Of a DNA stretch of 64,000 bases, positions 1 through 9,145 are shown piece by piece. Numbering within the stretch: the first letter of the stretch is position 1; each line of letters begins with the position of its first letter. The notes below the pieces were generated by a model. It saw only the letters and a program-made list of their open reading frames with translations. It did no database searches and was not told where the DNA came from. Source of the stretch: a phage. The stretch lies in assembly GCA_036253495.1 (NCBI GenBank), contig GCA_036253495.1_4125.1; one strand, given 5' to 3'. Position numbers and translations under genes: made by a program.

Positions 1-1
1 T

Positions 2-1597
2 ACAGGGTTTTATGATGGTGCACTTGGTAACTATGGTTCAATCTGTCAAACTTCTGATGGTTTTGTTTTCACTACCAAAGCAAGATGGTCATCCATGCCG
101 ACCTATGCAGTACAAACATACAAAGTTTCTGGTACACCTTATGATAGTTGGGTTGCTAAAACACGTACTGGTAGTAATTTAAAACGTGTAGAAGTAATGC
201 CAGTTTATGGCTCCCCTGTCGGTGAAAACTTAATAGGTGTTCGTTTCGTAGATAAACGTAAGATACTTGTTGCATGTTCTGGTACTGCTGATGGAATTTC
301 TTATGGTTATGATAGTACAGTTTTTACTGAAATAGGTGAGAATCCAACTTATAGTTATAAAAACTTGGAACAAAATACCACAATGAATGGTTTTGCACCA
401 TCAGGTAATAGACACTATTTAAGTACTGATTACAAATATGCAGGTATGGTAACATTGGTTGATGCCAATGGAAATGTCAGCACTTATGGATCTTCTTTAA
501 TAGAAGGTATCGATAAACCAGCTTATGGAAAATTCGACCCTGTTACAATGGACTTTAACAATGATAGATATGAAATTTCAGGAACTACATTATCAGGTAT
601 AGGTTATAATGCCGTTGCTAAAGCTGGATTGACTGGAATAACTGAACATAAAACTGTTTTTTATTATGTACCTGATACTACATATTCTAAATCTATTGCA
701 GTCACTTCTGCACTAAACGGTACTACCAACGTGTGTTATATTATTTTTTCCGAAATATCATGTAGTGCACTGGGTACAAGTGGTACTATAATTTTACGTG
801 GTATTAGTGTTGATACAGCAAGATATACATCAATCACGAATACATTCCAAATTTCACCAAATGAAATGATCAAACGTTGGGCTGGTATGACTGTTGCTAA
901 GTTTAGTGGTTTTAACTACTTAGGTGTGAACATTTTATATGGCATTGATACCCCAGGTTGGACTCGTTATCCTAACATGATTGCTAAAGTGAAAAATGGT
1001 ATTATTTCAAGTCAACGATATATGGAAACAACTTATATTTCAAACGCACAATTTGATATAGGTACAATTCCAGGGATTGGGTTTGGATATTACCAAATGA
1101 ACAAAAACGATTATCAAACTAAATCAGTTTTTGCTGTATGTGGTACTACTGAAGCAGATATGGATAAACTAATATCTGGTAATGAAACGATATCACAGTA
1201 CTTAGTTGTTGCTTCACAGGATGTGGCACAAGGGTTCAACGTGTACTTTTCACAAGAAGTACCAGTTTTCTTGGGTGGAAAGTTTGCAAAGATACCACCG
1301 ACTATGATAGACTTATCTACCATAAGTACTACACCAGATAATTCAACATTCTACATATATGCGGTTATGGATAGAGGTACATCTACAGCTTCGTATCAGA
1401 TATCACTATATCAATTATCAGAAACTATGACATCAACCTACATTGGTAAGATAGTAACTGATGCTAATGGTATTGCATCAATCGAGTCTGAAAAAGTGTC
1501 CAGATTCTTGCTATACCGCCCAAGTACCTACAATCGTGGTTCTGCTATCCCAGCTAGTTCTGGGTTACCATCACAATCTGGTACTCGTTGGAGTTAA
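2..1597 (+). CDS. putative tail fibre / receptor-binding protein, C-terminal part (5' end lies upstream of the window)
   Basis: Frame is open from position 2 with no in-frame stop before the listed ORF 95..1597; Gly/Thr/Ser/Asn/Tyr-rich fibre-like composition; followed by a hairpin terminator. Confidence 0.45.
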   Translation, partial: TGFYDGALGNYGSICQTSDGFVFTTKARWSSMPTYAVQTYKVSGTPYDSWVAKTRTGSNLKRVEVMPVYGSPVGENLIGVRFVDKRKILVACSGTADGISYGYDSTVFTEIGENPTYSYKNLEQNTTMNGFAPSGNRHYLSTDYKYAGMVTLVDANGNVSTYGSSLIEGIDKPAYGKFDPVTMDFNNDRYEISGTTLSGIGYNAVAKAGLTGITEHKTVFYYVPDTTYSKSIAVTSALNGTTNVCYIIFSEISCSALGTSGTIILRGISVDTARYTSITNTFQISPNEMIKRWAGMTVAKFSGFNYLGVNILYGIDTPGWTRYPNMIAKVKNGIISSQRYMETTYISNAQFDIGTIPGIGFGYYQMNKNDYQTKSVFAVCGTTEADMDKLISGNETISQYLVVASQDVAQGFNVYFSQEVPVFLGGKFAKIPPTMIDLSTISTTPDNSTFYIYAVMDRGTSTASYQISLYQLSETMTSTYIGKIVTDANGIASIESEKVSRFLLYRPSTYNRGSAIPASSGLPSQSGTRWS

Positions 1598-1604
1598 AAA
1601 AATT

Positions 1605-1635
1605 AAGCCTGTCTATTGACAGGCTTTTCTTTTAT
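1605..1635 (+). terminator. rho-independent terminator
   Basis: aagcctgtc-tatt-gacaggctt stem-loop followed by a T-rich run. Confidence 0.6.
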
Positions 1636-1643
1636 CCGTATAA
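1616..1643 (+). promoter_or_regulatory. sigma70-like promoter (TTGACA-16-TATAAT)
   Basis: ttgaca at 1616-1621 and tataat at 1638-1643, upstream of the paralog cluster. Confidence 0.45.
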
Positions 1644-1666
1644 TGCTAAAAAACTAGGAGGAAACT

Positions 1667-2227
1667 ATGGTACAATCACGTTTTAGACCACCGCTGTCAC
1701 CAGCACAGTTACAACGTTTAAAAGAAAAAGAGCAGCACTTTCAGAATACCCTAGTAGTTCGTTTGCTATGCAAAAGTGTAACTCTTAAAGATTTTGTGAA
1801 AACCGATAATGAACGTAAATCACTTATCGAACTTAAGTACAAGTTAAGTAAGCATAAACTATATGGATTACTAGCAGAATACACCCAAAATCCATTCAGT
1901 GATCGTTGGTCTATGGTTCAAAAAAAACTGTGGGGTGGTGATGAAGAATTCACACTACGTGATTTAAAAAATGCAATCATGTTTAAGGTCGATTATACAC
2001 CAGCAGGGATTGAACACAGAACCGAAGAAACTATCATTCAATCAAGAGATTTATCATGTGTTGTTTCTTCAAACTTCGGTGTTCATTATGATATGCTTGA
2101 TGACGATGAGTTAATGATCCTGTTCCATGTGATTATTGGTGCTGAAGATATTAAAGAAAAGTTATCACAAATTGAAGAAGAACAGCGTAAATTCAAAATC
2201 CAAAAGAGAATAACTGATTTATATTAA
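1667..2227 (+). CDS. hypothetical protein, tandem paralog family A copy 1
   Basis: ORF with AGGAGG RBS; shares K(T/S)D-x-(D/E)R and C-terminal LFH/coiled motifs with the next two ORFs. Confidence 0.6.
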   Translation: MVQSRFRPPLSPAQLQRLKEKEQHFQNTLVVRLLCKSVTLKDFVKTDNERKSLIELKYKLSKHKLYGLLAEYTQNPFSDRWSMVQKKLWGGDEEFTLRDLKNAIMFKVDYTPAGIEHRTEETIIQSRDLSCVVSSNFGVHYDMLDDDELMILFHVIIGAEDIKEKLSQIEEEQRKFKIQKRITDLY

Positions 2228-2236
2228 GAGGTTACT

Positions 2237-2737
2237 ATGTTTTTCAAAAAGAAAAATAATGATCACAAAAGAGAAAATGTAGAGTGGTGTACATTAATTC
2301 TTCCAGTACTGATGAAAAGCTATTCTTTAAAAGAAATTATCCGTACTGATGAAGATCGTAGAACTATACTTAAAATTAAAGAAATGTTAAGTTCTCATTC
2401 TCTAATGAAACTAATCACAGACCTAGTTAAAGAACCATACGGTGAACGTTGGTTATATGAACCAGTATTCATATATGGTAATCATATCAACCGTGTAAAA
2501 TTGTTTGATACCGAAACTAAGGTTGATTTTAATGCAGTAACATATTCATCTAAAGATTATGATGAAAAACATACATTTGTTTATATTAACGGAGATGCGA
2601 ATATTCTACCTAAACATGAACAAATGTTTTTGTTTCATTTACTCGTTGCACTTCGTGAGCTTGAAACAAAGTACAAGAAGTTAGAATACGAGCAGCATAA
2701 ACTTAATGAATTTAATAAATTAAAAGGATTATACTAA
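2237..2737 (+). CDS. hypothetical protein, tandem paralog family A copy 2
   Basis: Paralogous to 1667..2227 and 2737..3243 by shared motifs. Confidence 0.6.
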   Translation: MFFKKKNNDHKRENVEWCTLILPVLMKSYSLKEIIRTDEDRRTILKIKEMLSSHSLMKLITDLVKEPYGERWLYEPVFIYGNHINRVKLFDTETKVDFNAVTYSSKDYDEKHTFVYINGDANILPKHEQMFLFHLLVALRELETKYKKLEYEQHKLNEFNKLKGLY

Positions 2738-3243
2738 TGTTCTTCGGTAAACATAAAGTAAAAGATGATGGTATTCTTCAGTACTTAGTTGCGTTGATTT
2801 TAAACAAAAGTACTTTATTAGTACCTAATATTAAATCAGACAAAGATCGCAGAGAAATTATTCAAAACAAATATCTTCTTTCAAAATGTGATCCTGTTAT
2901 CTATGCATTTTGTAAGTACTGTTCAAAAAACTTGTTCAGTATTCATGTAGATTTTGAAAGACAAGAAAGCAGCACACGAAATTCTTGTTTTAAAGTGTAT
3001 ATGATTAATGATTTAAATCGTGGGAATCGAGGGTTCATGTTCTGGATGGACGGACGTGATATACGTGTGCGTATTAAAATGTCAGTTGGGTGGAAGGATT
3101 TTTCAACTTCTGTATCTGATTTTCTTGTACTTCACGCACTATATAACAGTATTACTAACGTGAAAGATATCGACAAGAAAATTCAGGAACAAAAAGAATT
3201 GGATGATGCAAAGAACGAATACTTACAACATTACAGGAGTTAA
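2737..3243 (+). CDS. hypothetical protein, tandem paralog family A copy 3
   Basis: Paralogous motifs; start overlaps the previous stop. Confidence 0.55.
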   Translation: MFFGKHKVKDDGILQYLVALILNKSTLLVPNIKSDKDRREIIQNKYLLSKCDPVIYAFCKYCSKNLFSIHVDFERQESSTRNSCFKVYMINDLNRGNRGFMFWMDGRDIRVRIKMSVGWKDFSTSVSDFLVLHALYNSITNVKDIDKKIQEQKELDDAKNEYLQHYRS

Positions 3244-3246
3244 TAT

Positions 3247-3648
3247 ATGGATCTTGATGATGTGTATAGCACCATAAGACAGATGGATTCGTATAAAAAA
3301 GTATATAGTGGTTACAAGAGTGATAAACAATTTTATGGAATCGGGGAGTATGATGTAATATCATTCGAATACGATGATACTGGTGAAAGTTCCATTAATA
3401 TTGTTTGTCCTCGTGACCGTGAAAATAACTTCATGTACGTTGAAATCAATAATGATGGTTTACACTTTACTAAAATATTAAATGGTGGCAAACAATCTAT
3501 TTCTCTGGATTTATCCGAAGAAGAAAAGTTCTTTCAAGAAGATACTATAATCAATCTAGGTTTTAGTTTATCAGAATACAAAGTTCTTCATAAAGATTTC
3601 ATGAAGTACTATAATGGGTTTCTTAAGGAGCTAACATTACATCTATGA
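3247..3648 (+). CDS. hypothetical protein
   Basis: ORF tightly packed with neighbours; 3' end overlaps the next start (ATGA). Confidence 0.5.
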   Translation: MDLDDVYSTIRQMDSYKKVYSGYKSDKQFYGIGEYDVISFEYDDTGESSINIVCPRDRENNFMYVEINNDGLHFTKILNGGKQSISLDLSEEEKFFQEDTIINLGFSLSEYKVLHKDFMKYYNGFLKELTLHL

Positions 3649-4886
3649 ATAATAACAAATTTCTTGAACAAACAATTGTGAAGCACTTAGCAGGTTCACA
3701 AGCGTATGGAACCAGTACACCTGAAAGTGATACGGATTATCGTGGTATTTTTCTTGCTAACAAAGAGTTCATTCTGACACCTTTTTATAATGTAAAAGAA
3801 GTTTCTGATTCAAGAGAAGAAGATACTAAATTCTATGAACTAAACCAGTACTTAAGACTATACACAGAGGCTAACCCAAATATCCTTGAATCACTATGGG
3901 TTGATCCTGAACACATCGTAGAAAGTACTGAAATCTATGATTATCTACGTACATTCAATCAACAATTACTTAGTTCTAAGATCGCATTCTCTTATACCGG
4001 TTATGCATATAATCAGGTTAAACGTATGTCCAATCACCACGGGTGGATGGATAAAGAGCGTATTGCTGAAAAACGTCTAAATGAAATCTTAGAAGATTTT
4101 CCTGTAGATGAAACTTTAGCATGGATGTATGAAAACTTCCCACACTATTTGGTAGAACGTTTAGATACTTCTAAACTACATCCATTTAATGCTAAGAAAA
4201 TAGATTTTGAAAAATACATGCGTGATACTTCATTGCAGTTAGTTTCGACTCATCCGTTGAAACAGTATCATTTTGTACGTTTAGTACATAATTACAGTAC
4301 TGATAAAGTACTAGACCGTGATTTCAACTTATTGGATTATAACAATGGGTACGAATTAATTCATTACGGTGAAAATATCTTTGGTGTTATTATCAATCCT
4401 AATGAAAGTACAATTAACGCTGATGGTTCTTTACGTTATTTCAACAAAGAACGCAGTACTGAAGAATTGAAAGTGCGACCTGAACTCATTGTTAAATTCA
4501 ATGAAAAAGAATACAGTGAGAACAGTGAGAACCGTAAAAGTTATCACAAATGGAAAGAGAATCGTAATGCTAAACGTGCAATTCTTGAATCCAAACACGG
4601 CTACGATTGCAAACATGCTATGCATACGATCAGACTTTTGAATACAGCCGAAGAAGCATTACAAAGCGGTATTATCCTTGTTAAACGTCCTGATGCTGAT
4701 ATGCTAATGGATATCCGCAACGGTAAATGGAAGTATGAAGAAGTCATGGATTATTTCAATGAAAAGGTTGACTATATCCGCAATGTGGTGTATCCTAAGT
4801 CAGTTCTACCAAAGAAACCAAACATTCAACTAGCTGCAAAAGTTCTAATCGATATTCGAGAAATGCAGTGGTATGGTAAAAAATAA
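3645..4886 (+). CDS. Pol-beta superfamily nucleotidyltransferase domain protein
   Basis: N-terminal G-S-x9-S-D-T-D motif (LAGSQAYGTSTPESDTDYRGIF), typical of the Pol-beta/MNT nucleotidyltransferase fold; 413 aa. Confidence 0.55.
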   Translation: MNNNKFLEQTIVKHLAGSQAYGTSTPESDTDYRGIFLANKEFILTPFYNVKEVSDSREEDTKFYELNQYLRLYTEANPNILESLWVDPEHIVESTEIYDYLRTFNQQLLSSKIAFSYTGYAYNQVKRMSNHHGWMDKERIAEKRLNEILEDFPVDETLAWMYENFPHYLVERLDTSKLHPFNAKKIDFEKYMRDTSLQLVSTHPLKQYHFVRLVHNYSTDKVLDRDFNLLDYNNGYELIHYGENIFGVIINPNESTINADGSLRYFNKERSTEELKVRPELIVKFNEKEYSENSENRKSYHKWKENRNAKRAILESKHGYDCKHAMHTIRLLNTAEEALQSGIILVKRPDADMLMDIRNGKWKYEEVMDYFNEKVDYIRNVVYPKSVLPKKPNIQLAAKVLIDIREMQWYGKK

Positions 4887-4895
4887 GAGGATTAT

Positions 4896-5321
4896 ATGCT
4901 GAATTCAACAATTATTGATGCACTACGTGTACTGAATCGCGAAGTTAGCCGTATCCATAAAAGTACTGATCGTTATAAAGTAATGCATGAAATTAAACTA
5001 GAATTAGAAGCTATCAATAAGGGTGAATGGTTCCTTGAACCAGAATACCGTACACGTGGACCAACTGACGTTGAGAAAGCAATTGCAAAATTCATTTCTG
5101 GACGTTATGGTGATGTATCAGAGGCAGATGTACTGATGAATTTACATTTAACCTCCTTAGAAATTGAAGAAAAATTCAAATTTGATTCACTGGACTGGGT
5201 AGAAATGATCATGGAACTTGAAGATGAATTTAAGGTTGAGATCGAAGATAAGTATGAATCTGGAGATACCAGAATCGTGCATCTCGTTGAACATGTACAA
5301 ACAATGATCGATAAACGCTAA
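4896..5321 (+). CDS. acyl-carrier-protein-like (PP-binding-like) domain protein
   Basis: C-terminal half carries FDSLDWVEMIMELEDEFKVEI, resembling the ACP DSL(D)xVElvMalEeeF motif with the Ser that is phosphopantetheinylated in ACPs. Confidence 0.45.
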   Translation: MLNSTIIDALRVLNREVSRIHKSTDRYKVMHEIKLELEAINKGEWFLEPEYRTRGPTDVEKAIAKFISGRYGDVSEADVLMNLHLTSLEIEEKFKFDSLDWVEMIMELEDEFKVEIEDKYESGDTRIVHLVEHVQTMIDKR

Positions 5322-5366
5322 TTTTAAGCACTCTAAATAATATCATCATCTATAGGAGATATTATT

Positions 5367-5741
5367 ATGAGTGTACTAGATATTATTGTTTCAAAAGTAC
5401 TGATACCGTTCTGGAAACCAATTGCGTTTGTTCTCCTGATGGCATCATGTACTTTTGGTGGCTGGAAGGCTAATACTTTTTATACTGGGTATAAAGAAAG
5501 TATTGAATTAAAAATAGAGAAGAAAGTAGATGCGGCTTTAAGTAAAATTGAAAGCCAAAATACCAAAAACTATGTAGAAACTAAACAGATAATGCAAAAT
5601 AATGCAAAGGTAATAGAAACTAAAGTACCAGTTATTATTGAGCGTGAAGTGTATAGAAATGTATGTTTAGATGAAGAAGGGGTAAAACTTTTGAATGATC
5701 TAAAACAAAATTCACTTGCAGCTAGAGAGAAATTTAAATGA
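5367..5741 (+). CDS. putative i-spanin (inner-membrane spanin subunit)
   Basis: N-terminal TM segment followed by a charged coiled-coil-like region; immediately precedes and overlaps a lipoprotein gene. Confidence 0.5.
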   Translation: MSVLDIIVSKVLIPFWKPIAFVLLMASCTFGGWKANTFYTGYKESIELKIEKKVDAALSKIESQNTKNYVETKQIMQNNAKVIETKVPVIIEREVYRNVCLDEEGVKLLNDLKQNSLAAREKFK

Positions 5742-6052
5742 AATACATATTAACATTCTTGATTACTTTTATGTTTATCACTGGGTGTTCTAATAAGGTT
5801 CCAGTTCAAGCGTCACCAATAATCACCCAGGAAATCTTATTAGAACGATGCGAAGAAGATACACCAATTCCTAAAAAAATTGTTGTTGACTCACATGGTA
5901 ATAGAGGATATGCTGGTGATGAAATTCTTAACGTTCTGACGCGTTGGGATTCCATGTACAATGAATGTGCACTGAGATATGATGCACTAATTGATACAAT
6001 TCGCAAACTCCAAGACCAAAATATTCGTGTTAACATAAAAGTTAAGGAATAG
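5738..6052 (+). CDS. putative o-spanin (outer-membrane lipoprotein spanin subunit)
   Basis: Signal peptide ending in lipobox FITGC; small periplasmic protein; 4-nt overlap with the upstream i-spanin-like ORF. Confidence 0.55.
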   Translation: MKYILTFLITFMFITGCSNKVPVQASPIITQEILLERCEEDTPIPKKIVVDSHGNRGYAGDEILNVLTRWDSMYNECALRYDALIDTIRKLQDQNIRVNIKVKE

Positions 6053-6053
6053 T

Positions 6054-6665
6054 ATGTCTAAATATCATGTTTATTATGTAACCAAATTGAGTTTACTAGA
6101 TGAACTCAATCATACTAGTACCAAAATGAAACGTTATACTTATAATGGTATTACTTTCAGATACTTTCCACAAAAAGTACTAACATTCGTTAAGAATTGT
6201 AAGTGCGTTGCTTGTGGCATCGAGGCTACAGAAGTTCGAATCGAACGTTCTAACTGTAGTGATCCGGTATATGGTAAACCGCATTTAAATGTGTATGCAG
6301 TATGTGGTCTTTATGAAGTTATGATGACTGTAGATCATAATCATCTTGCATCTAAAGGTGGTGCTGATTTGGAGTCAAACTTCAATACTATGTGTGCGAG
6401 ATGTAATCAGTTGCGTTCAAATAAAACTGAAACAGTTGATGAATTCCTTGAGAAAGTCAAAAGCCGAAATCTACTTGAAGAACATATGAATCGTTATTTC
6501 AATAAGATTGAGAAGGAAAGTAAACGTCCTACACCAGAAATGCTCGAAGAACGTAGATTGCGTCAAGAGCTATGGGATAACGATCATCTGTGGCATGTTC
6601 GTGAGTACGGGCGACACATGAAAGCATTAAAAAAGGCACAAAAGCTGTTGGATAAACATGAGTAA
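6054..6665 (+). CDS. HNH endonuclease (homing-endonuclease-like)
   Basis: CxxC...VDHNH...N...CxxCN motif set typical of HNH nucleases. Confidence 0.7.
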   Translation: MSKYHVYYVTKLSLLDELNHTSTKMKRYTYNGITFRYFPQKVLTFVKNCKCVACGIEATEVRIERSNCSDPVYGKPHLNVYAVCGLYEVMMTVDHNHLASKGGADLESNFNTMCARCNQLRSNKTETVDEFLEKVKSRNLLEEHMNRYFNKIEKESKRPTPEMLEERRLRQELWDNDHLWHVREYGRHMKALKKAQKLLDKHE

Positions 6666-6677
6666 TATGTTATAATA

Positions 6678-6706
6678 GGGACTTGAGAAATCAAGTCCTT
6701 TTTTAA
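6678..6706 (+). terminator. rho-independent terminator
   Basis: gggacttga-gaaa-tcaagtcc hairpin followed by TTTTTT. Confidence 0.6.
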
Positions 6707-6718
6707 TGGAGAAAATAA

Positions 6719-7075
6719 ATGAAATCAAAAATCTTTTTACCACAGTTAATGTGGCATCTTGCAGAGTTAGATGAAGATGATGTGTATACTGACTATGGTA
6801 CATGGGATGACAGTACTGAAACCTTTGGTCCAGATGTGCAGTACAAAATCATTTACAATGAAAGTAAAGGGCATAGACGATTTACTGAAGAATTTGATCT
6901 TGTTTTTCTTGACATGAACGAGAACAAGTATTATCATTGTACGTATGAACGAGGTTTAACAGAATATCGACCACAACGACCATTCGAGTATGAAACGGAT
7001 GGTGTTAAGTGCAATGAAGTTTCTGTTACCAGAGAAGAAATTATCACTTATAGAACTTTGTGGAAATATGTGTAA
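6719..7075 (+). CDS. hypothetical protein
   Basis: ORF following the terminator; no recognisable motifs. Confidence 0.5.
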   Translation: MKSKIFLPQLMWHLAELDEDDVYTDYGTWDDSTETFGPDVQYKIIYNESKGHRRFTEEFDLVFLDMNENKYYHCTYERGLTEYRPQRPFEYETDGVKCNEVSVTREEIITYRTLWKYV

Positions 7076-7474
7076 TGCTTAAAGATTTAGATTTTTCAAA
7101 CTTAGAAATTGTTAGTGCTGTGAAAAATATCTCTGACATGGGAGACGAAAAGACAGTACTGTTAACTATTACATTTGTCAAAGAAGAAGATAGTTATTTA
7201 CATCTTACAGGTATTGAAGAACTAATTCATAAAACTAATCTACAAGATAATGGGAAGTTTATTAAGCTTCAGGCTTCCTATACGAAAAAAAACGTCAAAT
7301 TTTGTAGACCTAAATAGTGTAGTCAAGGTGGTATTCAATCACCCTGAACAAAAGTACAGAAATGTGTCACGCAATGAGACAGATGCCAGTACTCTACAGC
7401 TTCTTCAGGATATTGAGTTCATTGAAACAGTATTTGAACGAAGCAGCAAAGAATTGAAAAAAGTTTATATGTAA
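7075..7474 (+). CDS. hypothetical protein split across two frames at an A8 run (7285-7292)
   Basis: ORF 7060..7317 (probable ATG at 7075, TAATG overlap) and ORF 7250..7474 overlap in adjacent frames exactly at aaaaaaaa; one fewer A gives a single ~133-aa ORF. Confidence 0.35.
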
Positions 7475-7475
7475 T

Positions 7476-7504
7476 TGGGACAATACTTTATATTGTGCTA
7501 TAAT
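7476..7504 (+). promoter_or_regulatory. promoter with extended -10 (TGGGAC-17-TATAAT, TGcTATAAT)
   Basis: Same architecture as the sites at 18991 and 37855; lies directly upstream of an ORF-free region. Confidence 0.5.
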
Positions 7505-7510
7505 TATATT

Positions 7511-8050
7511 GTAATGGAAAATGTCAGTGGACGTTTTAACAACGGACAAGAAGAACCTACTTCTCTTGAAAATGTAAAGGATAGATGAGCCTTCCCACTG
7601 AGGCGATGAGCAAAAGAAACCCGTTAGTACCATCCAAGTGCATTCATACAAACGCGAAATAAGACACGGATCACACGGCGACACGGCTCAATAAAGAACT
7701 CCGATAAGCATACAGAGAGTTCCTCGATAGATGTATAAGGATCGCACCTTACCAGATTTGCTAAGGGAGTTTTACTTAAAACAAGCGGTCAATTTTTCTA
7801 CGGGAAAGTTGCACCCAAAATTTGAGTAAAACGAGTACTGAATTGATCGAATAGTTCCAGTACTTTAGTGCAGGGGATGAAAATACCTGCGACCGTTGCA
7901 TATGACTGCGATAGAGAGAAACAGAGCAACCCGCTTTCGTTCTCCAAAAATTGGACACCCTTGATCCGTCCAAAATATGGAGAAATTCGCAATTCGATAA
8001 ATTCCGATGCCATCAGCGTCAAAATCAAGAACCTTAATTGGTTCTTTTTT
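7511..8050 (+). ncRNA. candidate structured non-coding RNA (~540 nt), unclassified
   Basis: Bounded by the promoter at 7476-7504 and the terminator at 8027-8050; only short mutually overlapping ORFs on both strands; GC about 41-48% against a visibly AT-richer background; local hairpins such as gcagg-ggatgaaaata-cctgc. Confidence 0.3.
8027..8050 (+). terminator. rho-independent terminator
   Basis: aagaacc-ttaatt-ggttctt hairpin followed by TTTTTT. Confidence 0.5.
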
Positions 8051-8194
8051 AATATCATTCCCCTGCGGGGGGATGAAAATGTCCTCAACAAATCCCGTCA
8101 ATCTTTAAAAGTACAATACAATATTAATTAATATGAATGAGTGAGTTATCGTAGATAACGAAACGAATTCTTGAGTTACGAGAGAACGAAGTGA

Positions 8195-8611
8195 ATGAGT
8201 AACGCAACGAATATTAAAAATTCATCTGATTTAACCAAAGAATTGTTTAAAAAGTTTTTTGAGTATCAAATCAATGAAGAGCACGGAATTAAACAGAATT
8301 ACATAAGTACAATAAAAACTAATAATATCCGTACTGAAATCTATGATAGTGTAATTGAATTTATTAATGCATTGAGTACTGAAAGACCTATAGTAGTTTT
8401 GTTTTTTAAACGAGATTATCCAGTACAAGTCAACAGGAATGTTCATTTCATTACAGAAAATGATTTAAGTACTTACACAACGAGTTCTATTAGGAATTGT
8501 ATACTGATAGTATGTGATGACTCCGAGTATTTTAGTAAAGTTGTATGGGATAGAAGACGTAATTCAGTAATAAGAGATATGAATCCCGAATTTACATTTC
8601 TGATCAAATAA
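8195..8611 (+). CDS. hypothetical protein
   Basis: ORF; no motif recognised. Confidence 0.5.
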   Translation: MSNATNIKNSSDLTKELFKKFFEYQINEEHGIKQNYISTIKTNNIRTEIYDSVIEFINALSTERPIVVLFFKRDYPVQVNRNVHFITENDLSTYTTSSIRNCILIVCDDSEYFSKVVWDRRRNSVIRDMNPEFTFLIK

Positions 8612-8643
8612 ATAGACATAGAATGACTCCCTGGAGAGATTTT

Positions 8644-9084
8644 ATGGAAAATATTAACGACTTGCGACATGTTATGGACTTCATTGGCTGTACTGAAGAA
8701 GACAGTGCTTATGATGAAGTACTATTGACATTTATTGAAAACAGCATTATACTACCAGCAATTGCACATAGCTGGCATTTACAAAGTAAACACTACACAA
8801 AACATCTACAATTAGATGAGTTGTATAAAGAGTTACCAGAATATGTCGATGCGTTCATTGAAGGCATTATGAACACTCGTGGTGCTTTACAAATTGGTAC
8901 TGGACACAGTTATAAGTTCACACCAATTGAACAGTGTATTCCGATTCTTGAAGAATACTGTGAACAATGTAAGTACGTTCATGCTATGCTTGAAGAAGCT
9001 GAAGACTATGGCAGTACTAATACCCTTGAAGATATAATGAGTTTCATTGAGGGTACTTTATATAAACTTAAGTATCTTGAATAA
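8644..9084 (+). CDS. hypothetical protein
   Basis: ORF 8623..9084; the in-frame ATG at 8644 has a GGAGAG RBS and is the more likely start. Confidence 0.5.
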   Translation: MENINDLRHVMDFIGCTEEDSAYDEVLLTFIENSIILPAIAHSWHLQSKHYTKHLQLDELYKELPEYVDAFIEGIMNTRGALQIGTGHSYKFTPIEQCIPILEEYCEQCKYVHAMLEEAEDYGSTNTLEDIMSFIEGTLYKLKYLE

Positions 9085-9093
9085 TATAAACAT

Positions 9094-9123
9094 GGAGAGT
9101 CATTTTGACTCTCCTTTTCTTTT
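9094..9123 (+). terminator. rho-independent terminator
   Basis: ggagagtca-tttt-gactctcc hairpin followed by a T-run. Confidence 0.6.
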
Positions 9124-9145
9124 ACTATAAAAAAAGAGGTTGACT

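Noticed and set aside
7394-8131. Short overlapping ORFs on both strands (7394..7684, 7776..7973, 7798..8091, 7865..8101, 7868..8131)
   Set aside because: Mutually overlapping, no RBS, spanning a terminator hairpin; more consistent with a non-coding, structured region than with protein genes.
7476-8194. Retron, group I/II intron or CRISPR explanation for the ORF-free locus
   Set aside because: No reverse transcriptase, no interrupted host gene or flanking exon halves, and no regularly spaced repeat-spacer array; only two copies of GGGGATGAAAAT were seen. Left as an unclassified ncRNA candidate.
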